Source of the DNA: Emiliania huxleyi CCMP1516
Lineage: Eukaryota
Assembly: GCF_000372725.1 (NCBI RefSeq)
Contig: NW_005201851.1
Location: 376,987 to 396,986 of the forward strand
Reading direction: 5' to 3'
DNA: 20,000 bases
Made by a program: the position numbers and the translations under genes. Shown here piece after piece: positions 1 to 9,452 of the stretch. The notes below the pieces were generated by a model. It made no database searches. It was not told the DNA's origin and saw only the letters and a program-made list of their open reading frames with translations. The number at the start of each line of letters is the position of its first letter. Within the stretch, counting starts at the first letter, position 1.

Positions 1-1483
1 GGCGCCCAGCGGCGGCGGCGCCAAAAGGAGAGCTCGAGGCTCTGCAGGCTGTGCGCCTCGAAGGAGAGGTCGGCGCATGCCCACGCGTGTACCGGCCGCA
101 GCGCCTCCTTGTCCGTGCAGACCTGGTCCGCGCAGACCACACCGCTCCTGCGCGTGCAACGCGTGCACGGGGTGAGTGGCGCGGCGCCGGGGCGCAGGGC
201 AGGCAGGCGGGCGCGGCGTGCTTGCGGCGGCCGCTCGCGCCGGCCGAAGCGAGGAAGTAGACTGGCCTCCGCTCTCCGCCGCTCGCAAAGAGGCATCGCG
301 CCTCGACAGCGGCGAGCGAGGCGGTGCCGCACCTTCCCCGCGTGAGCGCGACGCCCGCGCCGCCGCACCGCGCCAGCAGCGCCGCCGCCGTCGGCCGCGC
401 CGTTGCGCTGCGGGTGAGAGCGGCGCGCAGCAGCGAGACGAGACCCTCTCTCTGCCCTCCGACGGATGGGAGCGGGCCGAGCGCCTGCTCACACCGCCTC
501 CTGTCAAGGAACGGCCGCGGCCGTGCGCCGCCCTCTCGCAGCGAGCGCCTCGTCGGACAGCTGCTTCGCCGGCTCATAGCCGAGACAGCCCAGCCGCTCC
601 TCGCCCGCCGTGCCGAAGAGGCTGCGCCTGCGGCGGAGGGGCCGCAGGAGGGCGACGGTGGGAGTCTGGCGGCGCGGGCGGAGGCGGCGGAAGAGGGCAA
701 TGCGGCGAGGGCAATGCGGCGCCCGAGCAGCAGCGCGTACAGCAGCACTCCGACGGCCCACACGTCAGCCGGCGTGAAGACGGGCTCGCCAGCTCTGAGG
801 TCGTACATCTCGGGCGGGCGGTACTGCGGCGTCGAGGTGCGGTGGATCCGCTCCTCGGCTTCAGACAGCTCCGGCGGACTCGTGACGCCGTCGACGTAGC
901 GGAAGGGTGCGTCCCGGACGGAGCCAAAGTCGCACAGCTTCCAGCCGGTCGCCGAGAGGAGCAGGTTCTCGGGCTTGACGTCGCAGTGCGCCCAGCCGTG
1001 CGCGTGCAGGTGCGCGAGCCCGCCGCACACCTGAGTGAAGATGGCGAGGACGCCATCGCCATCGAGCGGGCGCGCCCACGCGCGGCGGCCGACGAGGTAC
1101 TCGGCGAGGGAGCCCTCCGGACAGAGCTCGAAGAGGAGCAGGAGCTCCTCGCCGGGCCCGACAAAGCTGGGCCGCCGCACGCTACCCACAGTCGCGAGGA
1201 GGTGCGGGTGAGGCGGCAGGTCGGCCATCACCGTCGCCTCGAGCAGGCAAGCGTCAGCGTCCGCCTCTGGCAGGCCGCCGAGCCGCACGCGCTTGACGGC
1301 GAGGCGGCTGGTACTGCCGTCCGGCAGCCGCTCCGTGGCCGCAAACACGTCCGAGAAGGAGCCCTCGCCGACTTTGCTGCCGAGTAGGACGGTGCCGCCA
1401 CCGCTGCCCTCGCACTTTTCGCTGCGAGCGGTGAAGGCCGCGCGGAGGTGCCAGCGAGCGGCGTTGAAGCAGTCGGAGATCAT
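1..1483 (-). CDS. Ser/Thr protein kinase, NAK (AAK1/GAK/MPSK-like) family; spliced, 3' end outside the window
   Basis: Hand translation from ATG 1483 gives VGEGSFSDV (Gly loop), LAVK, HCDVKPENLLL, KLCDFGS, STPQYRPPEMYDL (NAK-type activation segment), ADVWAVG and LVSLLRAALTRSATARPT (subdomain XI). Predicted GC-AG introns at 722-628 and 548-485, plus a GT donor at 332. It is absent from the ORF track, apparently because the frame has no stop before the window edge. Confidence 0.92.
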   Translation of the reverse strand, partial: MISDCFNAARWHLRAAFTARSEKCEGSGGGTVLLGSKVGEGSFSDVFAATERLPDGSTSRLAVKRVRLGGLPEADADACLLEATVMADLPPHPHLLATVGSVRRPSFVGPGEELLLLFELCPEGSLAEYLVGRRAWARPLDGDGVLAIFTQVCGGLAHLHAHGWAHCDVKPENLLLSATGWKLCDFGSVRDAPFRYVDGVTSPPELSEAEERIHRTSTPQYRPPEMYDLRAGEPVFTPADVWAVGVLLYALLLGRRIALAALPSSAASARAARLPPSPSCGPSAAGAASSARRARSGWAVSAMSRRSSCPTRRSLREGGARPRPFLDRRRCEQALGPLPSVGGQREGLVSLLRAALTRSATARPTAAALLARCGGAGVALTRGRCGTASLAAVEARCLFASGGERRPVYFLASAGASGRRKHAAPACLPCAPAPRHSPRARVARAGAVWSARTRSARTRRRCGRYTRGHAPTSPSRRTACRASSSPFGAAAAGR

Positions 1484-2045
1484 TGGCGCGGGAGAGGCAG
1501 ACGATTGGATGACGTAGAGCTCCCTCTCACGACACTGGGCACGGGAAAAGCGCCACACTGGCACTAACACAGGTACACAACCGGGAGCCTCGGTGCGCAG
1601 GAGAGGGTGGACGGCGGTCGGAAGACAGCGTCGGAAGACAGCGTCTAAAAAGAAAAAAACTCCGCTCACAGTAAACCGATCCACCATCGCACGCGCCCCA
1701 CACCTTCCTCTCGCCAACACATTGGCCCCGCTCTCGCTCTAAACAATGCGTGTCGCGATCCACATCACCACCGGCTCGCGGCAGGTATGAGCACAGCCAC
1801 AGGAGCGTGGTAAACCGAACCCCCCGCTCCCTACCAGATTGGTTGGACGCGAACCCGGAAGCGAAGCGATCCCGCGCCGAACTCTCGTGGCTTCCCACGT
1901 CATGGATACAGTCATGGCACCGATTTATCGTCCGTTGCATTTCCCGTTTGCGAGCCAACGCGTTCTCGAGACGCGCGAGAGAGAGATTTTTAGCAATACC
2001 AAACAACTCTAACACTCACACGTCATTTGGGGCCTGGAGCCCTGT

Positions 2046-2540
2046 TCACGCGCGCGCGAGACGTGCAGACAGGGTTGCCAGGTGAGAGCGAATGGCGCGG
2101 TTCACGCCTCGCACAACAGAGAGAGAGATGCGCTCTGCATGGTGGGACATAAAAGAGAGCGAGTATTTGGGCGAGTAGGTAGGATCGATTGTTGTTGTTT
2201 GTAGGTAGGCCGTGCGGTCGACGCTGCCGCGCGCGACTTTGCGCGCGAGGCGGCGCAGCTTGAGAACGGCGGTGGGCGAGAAGCCGCCGCCGAACGTCTC
2301 GTGGAGCAGCAGGTTGAAGTTGTTGCGCTTTGTTTTGAGACGCGTGTACACGCATCCGAGCCCGCGCCGAGCGCGCGCATGCCATCCATCCTGGTCGCAC
2401 CCGTCCTTCTCTCGCGATAAGTCCCCTTGGCGGGCGACTTTGAGCGAGCCGATGCTCAGCGGCGCGATTTCGTAACGCGATGCGCTCAGAGCATGGGGGG
2501 TAACCAGTTTCGCACGCCCCGCGAGGTCTCTTGGGTCACA
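2046..2540 (-). mobile_element. Degenerate 3' fragment of a non-LTR retrotransposon ORF (CRE/R2-group restriction-like endonuclease C-terminus)
   Basis: Translation FNLLLHETFGGGFSPTAVLKLRRLARK...FMSHHAERISLSVVRGVNRAI resembles the ETxG...LxxLA...ISxAVxRGNA tail of CRE-type RLE domains. No RT domain is visible upstream, and the fragment abuts a poly-C run at 2543-2559. Confidence 0.6.
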
Positions 2541-2656
2541 GGCCCCCCCCCCCCCCCCCGCCGCCGCGGCGGGCCGACGCGCCGTCTTGCCGGCACTTGG
2601 AGCACTTGGAGTGCAGTTATCAACCTCACATTTTGACGGCCTCGCTCGGGCGTTCC

Positions 2657-3414
2657 ATGCTCGCGGCCGTCTCCTCGCACGCTGTGGCGGCGACCGCGAC
2701 GGCCGGCGCGTGGACCGCCGAGCAGTCAATCTACCGCACCAGGGCTTGGATCGACACTGCGGTCGTCCGGCTAGGCCTCTGCCCGTACGCGGCCAAGCCG
2801 TTTCACGGCGACCGCATCCGGTATGCGGTGAGCGACTGCACCAGCGACGAGGCGCTCGTCGCCTCCTTCTTCGAGGAGGGACTGCTGCTGCTCGACTCGC
2901 CCGAGGAGGAGCTCGCCACGACGATGCTGATCGCTCCAAAGTATGAGGGCGGGATCGGCGAGTTCTACTCGCTGTACGAGTGGCTCACCGACCTGCTCGA
3001 GAGCGAGGAGGAGGAGGTGCTCGCGAACGGAGTCCAGCCCGCCTTCTTCCACCCGGCCTGGTCGTTTGACGGACTGCCGGCCGACTCCCCCATCCACTTT
3101 GAGAAGCGTGCGCCCTGCCCCGTCATCAACCTGCTGCGCCGCTCCACCCTCGACCGGACGGTGGAGGCGCGCTGCCTGCGCTCTTCGCTCTCGGCCGCCG
3201 CCCCTGCCCACCGCGCCGACATCCCGCCCCGCGTGCGCCCGCGCAGGAGGGCTTACGGCGAGGCGTCATCGTCAACCAGCAGATCTCGGAGCACAACGCG
3301 GCGGCGCTGCAGGCGGAGGGCACGCCCGCGCTGAGCAGGCTCTTTGACGACCTCGGCGCGCTACAGCTTCACACGGCCGCGGACGAGGGTGGCGCCGACA
3401 GCGGTCCGAGATGA
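2657..3414 (+). CDS. DUF1415 family protein (two exons, 2657-3166 and 3247-3414)
   Basis: Motifs TRAWIDTAVVRLGLCPYA, TTMLIAP, VQPAFFHP and KRAPCPVINLLR. A GC-AG intron at 3167-3246 restores the C-terminal ISEHNAAALQAEG, with TGA at 3412-3414. Confidence 0.88.
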
Positions 3415-3584
3415 ACTCACCATCGACGATCGATATTCTCGTGTACAAGTCGGTGCGTGTTTGTCTGAGTCATCAAGCTCACTTCTACGTTCTAGACCAA
3501 AACGCAAAAGAGGTCACACCCTCGTGTAAAATGTGTGGATTGTGTGGTCCCTCGGAGCTTCCGCCTTCCCTCGGCTTGTTCCGG

Positions 3585-4095
3585 CTTAAAAGGGTGGGCC
3601 CTGGGGCGCCTGCGGCTTAAACGGCTTATTAAAACCGGCGGCCTAGGCCGGTTTTAAGAGCTGCTGGGCCGCCGATTCCTTAAACGGTCTTAAACGCTTA
3701 AACGGTGCGGGAGAGCTCCCGAGGTCGATGCTCCGGGAGGCTCCCCGGTAGACGCCGGAGGCCGGGAAGCTGGCTACAGTCAGCTGGCACGCGTCCCCTA
3801 TGCGAGTATGGCTCCCGCCAGTGCACCAGACTTACAGATGTGTCTTCAGTGGCGGGTTCGCGCCTAATAACGGCAGTATTGGAGAAACCGGCGCGGAACC
3901 CAGCGACGCGTGCCGGTGAGGCCGATTTTCTTAAACGGACTTAAAAGAGGGACCCCCCGTGCCTGCAATCTCTTAAATGCTATGGCAAGTTAAGCCCCGA
4001 GCGATTCTAAGATCAGGTCTGCCACCTCCTCGTTTCTTAAAAGGTCTTAAAAAAATCTCCTCGTTTCTTAAAAGGTCTTAAAAAAATCCGGCCCT
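3585..4095. repeat. Non-coding CTTAAA-motif array with hairpin and 31-bp tandem duplication; possible DNA transposon subterminal region
   Basis: 12 copies of CTTAAA, all on the + strand. 11-bp-stem hairpin at 3629-3657. Exact duplication of 4026-4056 at 4057-4087. Confidence 0.65.
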
Positions 4096-4172
4096 CAGAA
4101 CCCTAGGGGTACCCTAAGGTAGATGCAGATGTAGATGTGGGGAGGCGGCCGCTCTGCCTTGTCCTCTCTCTC

Positions 4173-5090
<918 letters not shown>

Positions 5091-5538
5091 GAGGTCTCGT
5101 GCGTGCCGAGCTAATCCTCAGAGCAACAATAAGCGACTGTACCACGGACGACGGAGCACAGAGCGCAGCAGACAGGACGGCGGCGACGGCGGACATGGCA
5201 GAGACGAGTGTGAAACAAAGGGAGGCGGGGATGGAGGGCGGTAGTGACAGGGATGGTGACGGTGACGGTGGCGAGGGAGAGGAAGGGGGTCCATTTAACA
5301 CCAGACAGCGAGAGGGGCAGGGAGGAAAGGGGGAGAGAGAGCCAACGGCGATGCCACCAGCAGCAGGGGACACGATGAACAGGTAGACAACGGCCAAGGC
5401 GATGGCGAGGACGAGGAGACACGGGACGATGGCAGGCGAGACGAGGAGGACGGAGGCGAGGGAAGAGGCAGCGCCGCAGTCGATGATAGTGTCTGACAGA
5501 GACCCGTCGCGCTGGGAGGGACACTATCTTGGAGCGCT

Positions 5539-6684
5539 CTACATCAAGACTGCGAAAGAAGCGCTTCGCGCCGTCGCCATCGGCGCCACCGCCTCCCACA
5601 TATTCTCGGCCGGGTTGTACCGCTCGACTGAGCTGAGGAAGCCGTTGTTGTGGCCGCCCACAGCGTAGAGCTTGCCGTCGAGCACCGCCGCGGCGTGAGC
5701 AATACGCACCGTTGCCATCGGCGCCACCGCCTCCCACCCGTTCGTCGCCGGGTCGTACCGCTCGACTGAGCTGAGGAAGCCGTTGTTGGTGCCACCCACA
5801 GCGTAGAGCTTGCCGTCGAGCACCGCCACGGCGTGAGCAAGCCGCGCCGTTGCCATCGGTGCCACCTCCTCCCACCCGTTCGTCGCCGGGTCGTACCGCT
5901 CGATCGAGCTGAGGCTGCCGTCGTTGCCGGTTCCGCTCACAGCGTACAGCTTGCCGTCGAGCACCGCGACAGCGTGAGCCATCCGCGCCGACGGCAGCGG
6001 CGCCACCGCCTCCCACGAATTGGCAGCCGGATCGTACCGCTCGACCGAGCTGAGGAAGCCGTCGTCGTCGTTGTAGCCTCCCACAGCATACAGCTTGCCG
6101 TCGAGCGCCGCCATGGCGTGAAAGTTCCGAGCCTCCGCCATCGGCGCCACTTCCTCCCACGCGTTCGTAGCCAGGTCGTACCGCTCCACCGAGCTGGAAG
6201 TTGCGCCGTCCTCCTCACTCTGGCCGCCCACCGCGTAGAGCTTGCCATCGAGTACCGCCATGCGCGCCCTCAGGCGCCCCGACGGCATCGGCGCCACAGC
6301 CTCCTCCTCCCACTCACTCGTTGACGGGTCGTACCGCTCCAGCGAGTTGATGTTACTGCCCCCACCGCCGTAGCCGCCGATCACGAGCATGCGCGGCCTC
6401 TCGCGCTTCGGCAGCGTCTCCTTCCAGCCGCGGCGCCACGCGCGGCACGTCCCCTTGACGGCGTGATCCTTGGTCGGCAGCTGGGCGAGGATGTGCGGGG
6501 CGAGGTCCGGCGAGAGGAGGACCTCGGAGAGCACCCACTCGGGCTGCTCCACGAGCCGTGCGGCGTGCTCCTCCGCCACGCGCATCGCGGCGGCGCTCCA
6601 GAGGGGCGCCTGCTCGTCGATGAAGGCGACGAGCTGCTCTGGCGAGAGGCCAGACAGGCGGGCGCCGATGCGGTGCGAGGGCAT
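5539..6684 (-). CDS. F-box-like / six-bladed Kelch repeat protein
   Basis: Six Kelch units (LYAVGG...SSVERYDPATNxWExVAPMxxxR). N-terminal LLSPDLAPHILAQLP...VKGTCRAWR resembles an F-box. Intronless; first in-frame ATG is at 6684. Confidence 0.93.
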   Translation of the reverse strand: MPSHRIGARLSGLSPEQLVAFIDEQAPLWSAAAMRVAEEHAARLVEQPEWVLSEVLLSPDLAPHILAQLPTKDHAVKGTCRAWRRGWKETLPKRERPRMLVIGGYGGGGSNINSLERYDPSTSEWEEEAVAPMPSGRLRARMAVLDGKLYAVGGQSEEDGATSSSVERYDLATNAWEEVAPMAEARNFHAMAALDGKLYAVGGYNDDDGFLSSVERYDPAANSWEAVAPLPSARMAHAVAVLDGKLYAVSGTGNDGSLSSIERYDPATNGWEEVAPMATARLAHAVAVLDGKLYAVGGTNNGFLSSVERYDPATNGWEAVAPMATVRIAHAAAVLDGKLYAVGGHNNGFLSSVERYNPAENMWEAVAPMATARSASFAVLM

Positions 6685-6808
6685 AGACACATTCTCGGCG
6701 CGAGTTCAGTTGCGTGGTGCGGTTTTTCTTTTTCAGAAATCAGCGTATTTTTTTCTTTTTGGTGGCCAGCCGAGGCGCCGAGTTTTCTCAGCGAAAGTCG
6801 CTGAGGCG
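6685..6808. promoter_or_regulatory. Probable compact bidirectional promoter
   Basis: 124 bp between divergent ATGs, T-rich relative to the flanks, with a perfect 8-bp-stem hairpin at 6787-6805. Confidence 0.55.
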
Positions 6809-8485
6809 ATGTGGGCCCTGACCTTGACGTCGGCCGCGCCGACGCCGCTCGCGTCCGTGCCGCTCTACGGCCAGTACGAGATCACCCTCGCCGGTCCGTC
6901 CGAGGCCACCGTGGCGAATCCCTTCGAGGTCGAGCTCAGCGCGACGTTCACGCACACAGAGCCGCCGACGGGCACTCCGATCGTCGTGGGCGGCTTCTAC
7001 GACGGCGGCGGCACGTACCGCGTGCGCTTCTCGCCGTCGGCGGAGGGCGAGTGGAAGTACACGACGGCGAGCAGCGCGGCGGCGCTCGACGGCAGCGGCG
7101 GCGAATTCCACGTGGTGAAGAAGGCGGCGGGCGACCGCGGGCCGGTGTTCTCGAAGGGCTCCGGGCTGTACTATTCCGACTTCACGCCGCACGTGAGCGT
7201 CGGCACGACGTGCTACCAGTGGGCTTCGAAGGGCTTCGACATGCAGGCGCAGACGCTCGAGACGCTGAAGGCGTCGCCGTTCAACAAGATCCGCATGACG
7301 ACGTTCCCGAAGTGGTACATCTTCAACCGCGCGAATCCCGTCGAGACGGGCGCGCCGTACGCGATCTCGCCGGGCTCGGCGGCGGCGAACGCGAGCGCGT
7401 GGACGTGCGTCGGCGAGCACTGCCCGTCGCTCTCCGGCAGCTTCGACCTGAAGCGGTTCAACGTGTCGTTCTGGCAGAATTACGACCGGCTGGTCGGCGC
7501 GCTGAAGGAGCAGGGCGTGATCGCCGACATCATCCTCTTCCACCCGTACGATGGCGGCCACTGGGGCTTCGACTGCATGGGGGGCACCGACGCCGAGAAG
7601 TACGACACGGCGCTCGACAAGTTCTACCTCAGGTACGCCATCGCGCGCCTCGCCTCGAACTCGAACGTGTGGTGGAGCATGGCGAACGAGTGGAGCTTCA
7701 ACAAGTGCAAAGGACGCGGCGTCAACGAGTCGGCGAAGTCGCCTCACCCGTCGCCGAGCCCGGTGTGGGACGAGCTCTTCGAGACGCTCGCGGCCGCCGA
7801 CCCGTACGGCCGCCAGGCGTCGATCCACAACGGCAACCTGCTGTACAACCACTCGCGGCCGTGGATCTCTCACGTCTCACTGCAAGGAATGGAGGAGACC
7901 ACGCCGGCGATCCGTCAGAAGTACGGCAAGCCGACGCTCTGGGACGAGGTGCGCTACGAGGGCAACATCACGAGCTCGTTTGGGTCGCTGAGCGCCGCCG
8001 AGGAGGCCGACCGGTTCTGGTGGGGCGCCGCGCTCGGCGTCCACGTCGGGCACTCGGAGACCGTGCTACGCGCAGCCGTCAAGGACGACGATGCGCAGCC
8101 GCTGTGGTGGGCCAAGGGCGGCACGCTCGTCGGCGAGTCGCCACCGCGGATCGCCTTCTTCAAGCAGCTGTGGGCGTCGACCGGCGCCGACTTTGGCGCG
8201 CTCACGCCGGCGCACGCGAGCTACGGCCAGGCGGGCGACCCGGTGTCCGACACGCTCACGGGCGACAGCGTGCAGCTCGTCAAGTTCCGCCGCCAAGGCA
8301 CGTGGAACGTGGCGCTGCCCGGCGGCGGCGGCGGCGGCCGCGCGTGGAAGGCGGTCAGCGTCGACTACTGGGGCATGACGACGACTGAGCTGCCGCTGCC
8401 GACGTCGGGCGCGACTGTCGCCGTCGACGTGCACACGCTGCCGTTCACGCTGCTCTTCACCAAGTCGGCGGCCACCGCCGCGTGA
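6809..8485 (+). CDS. DUF5060 + DUF4038 (apiosidase-like/GH5-clan TIM barrel) putative glycoside hydrolase, probable DUF5605-type C-terminus
   Basis: Motifs NPFEVELSATFTH, GFYDGGGTYRVRFSPSAEGEWKYTT, GTTCYQW, SPFNKIRM, ADIILFHPYD, WWSMANEW and DEVRYEGNI are typical of the bacterial DUF5060/DUF4038/DUF5605 architecture. Intronless, with strong GC3 bias. Confidence 0.87.
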   Translation: MWALTLTSAAPTPLASVPLYGQYEITLAGPSEATVANPFEVELSATFTHTEPPTGTPIVVGGFYDGGGTYRVRFSPSAEGEWKYTTASSAAALDGSGGEFHVVKKAAGDRGPVFSKGSGLYYSDFTPHVSVGTTCYQWASKGFDMQAQTLETLKASPFNKIRMTTFPKWYIFNRANPVETGAPYAISPGSAAANASAWTCVGEHCPSLSGSFDLKRFNVSFWQNYDRLVGALKEQGVIADIILFHPYDGGHWGFDCMGGTDAEKYDTALDKFYLRYAIARLASNSNVWWSMANEWSFNKCKGRGVNESAKSPHPSPSPVWDELFETLAAADPYGRQASIHNGNLLYNHSRPWISHVSLQGMEETTPAIRQKYGKPTLWDEVRYEGNITSSFGSLSAAEEADRFWWGAALGVHVGHSETVLRAAVKDDDAQPLWWAKGGTLVGESPPRIAFFKQLWASTGADFGALTPAHASYGQAGDPVSDTLTGDSVQLVKFRRQGTWNVALPGGGGGGRAWKAVSVDYWGMTTTELPLPTSGATVAVDVHTLPFTLLFTKSAATAA

Positions 8486-8590
8486 GCCGCGTCGCAGCCG
8501 TCTCTCCTCAGCTACCTCAAGCTCTTGGACGTCTATCCACCTCCCTCCAGCGCCGCCTCGATCGCGCCGCTCACCTGCGCGACGGCGCGC

Positions 8591-8708
8591 CAAGCTGTGA
8601 ACAGGCGCGTGCTCTCGTCGCTCGAGACACTCTCGCTGTGAACGGCGTCTCTTCACAGCTCAAGCTGTGAACAGGCACGTGCTCTTGTCGCTGGAGACAT
8701 TCTCGCTG
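8591..8708. repeat. 48-bp direct repeat (70-bp period) with internal palindromes
   Basis: 8591-8638 and 8661-8708 differ at 4 positions. Palindrome TTCACAGCT-CA-AGCTGTGAA at 8652-8671. Confidence 0.85.
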
Positions 8709-9452
8709 ACGGCGAGATATTGCCGACAATCACGTGCACCCTGAGGAAGGAGGTGGGCGCACCGAATCTGCTTGCGGCCGCGTCGCCACCGCCGCCTCCG
8801 TCACCGACGAGACGCTTTGTCATATGGCTTCGCGTACGCGGACTACAACCTGACCTTCTGCTCCTCGACTTTGCACCTGGTACGCCAGCATGCAGAGCAC
8901 ATTGCTCTCCGGCCCTCTCGGGCAGCTCTCCTGCTTTCTCCTAGCCTCCAAGCACCTGCCTGCTTCGAAGAGGCCAGCAGCCCCGGCGACTTTTACACGT
9001 CCACGCAGCGCACGCAAGCTGGCGGCGATCGCGTCGATCAGCTCCCTGGGGGGGTTGAGCAGGACGAGCGGCGGTGGAGGAGAGGGCGTGTGGCGGAGAG
9101 TCCATCGATGGCCCGGGGCCTTCGCGGCCGTGCGGTGTGAAAAGACAAAGAAAAAGACGGGGTTCGCCCGGAATAGCGGGCAAAGAGAAAGAGAGACCTA
9201 AAGACAGTTTCTTTTCAGGCCCAGACCCCAGTGTGCTGCACGTGCATCTCTTCCATACACGTGAGAGACTGGGTGGAAAAAACTCTTTCTAAAAACGATT
9301 CTTTTCTCCCGTGGTGTACCTGTGTTAGTGCCAGTGCGCGCCAGTCTCGTGCCCAATGCTTGGAGGATTTTCTTTTCGTCTCACTATATTCAGTCACGTG
9401 TCTCCTTCCGTTCTCCGATGCAAAGTGCTGCACGTGTCCTTGGTCGACCAAT

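Noticed and set aside
176..1387. 403-aa + strand ORF and overlapping ORFs
   Set aside because: Antisense shadows of the kinase in GC-rich DNA.
4099..4118. Telomere-like CCCTAG/CCCTAA near-palindrome
   Set aside because: Too short to call an interstitial telomeric repeat.
5099..5530. Purine-rich short ORFs
   Set aside because: Low complexity with no motif; probably the Kelch gene 3' region.
6470..6808. N-terminal extension of the 671-aa ORF
   Set aside because: Overlaps the Kelch gene antisense and crosses a T-rich spacer; ATG 6809 is the plausible start.
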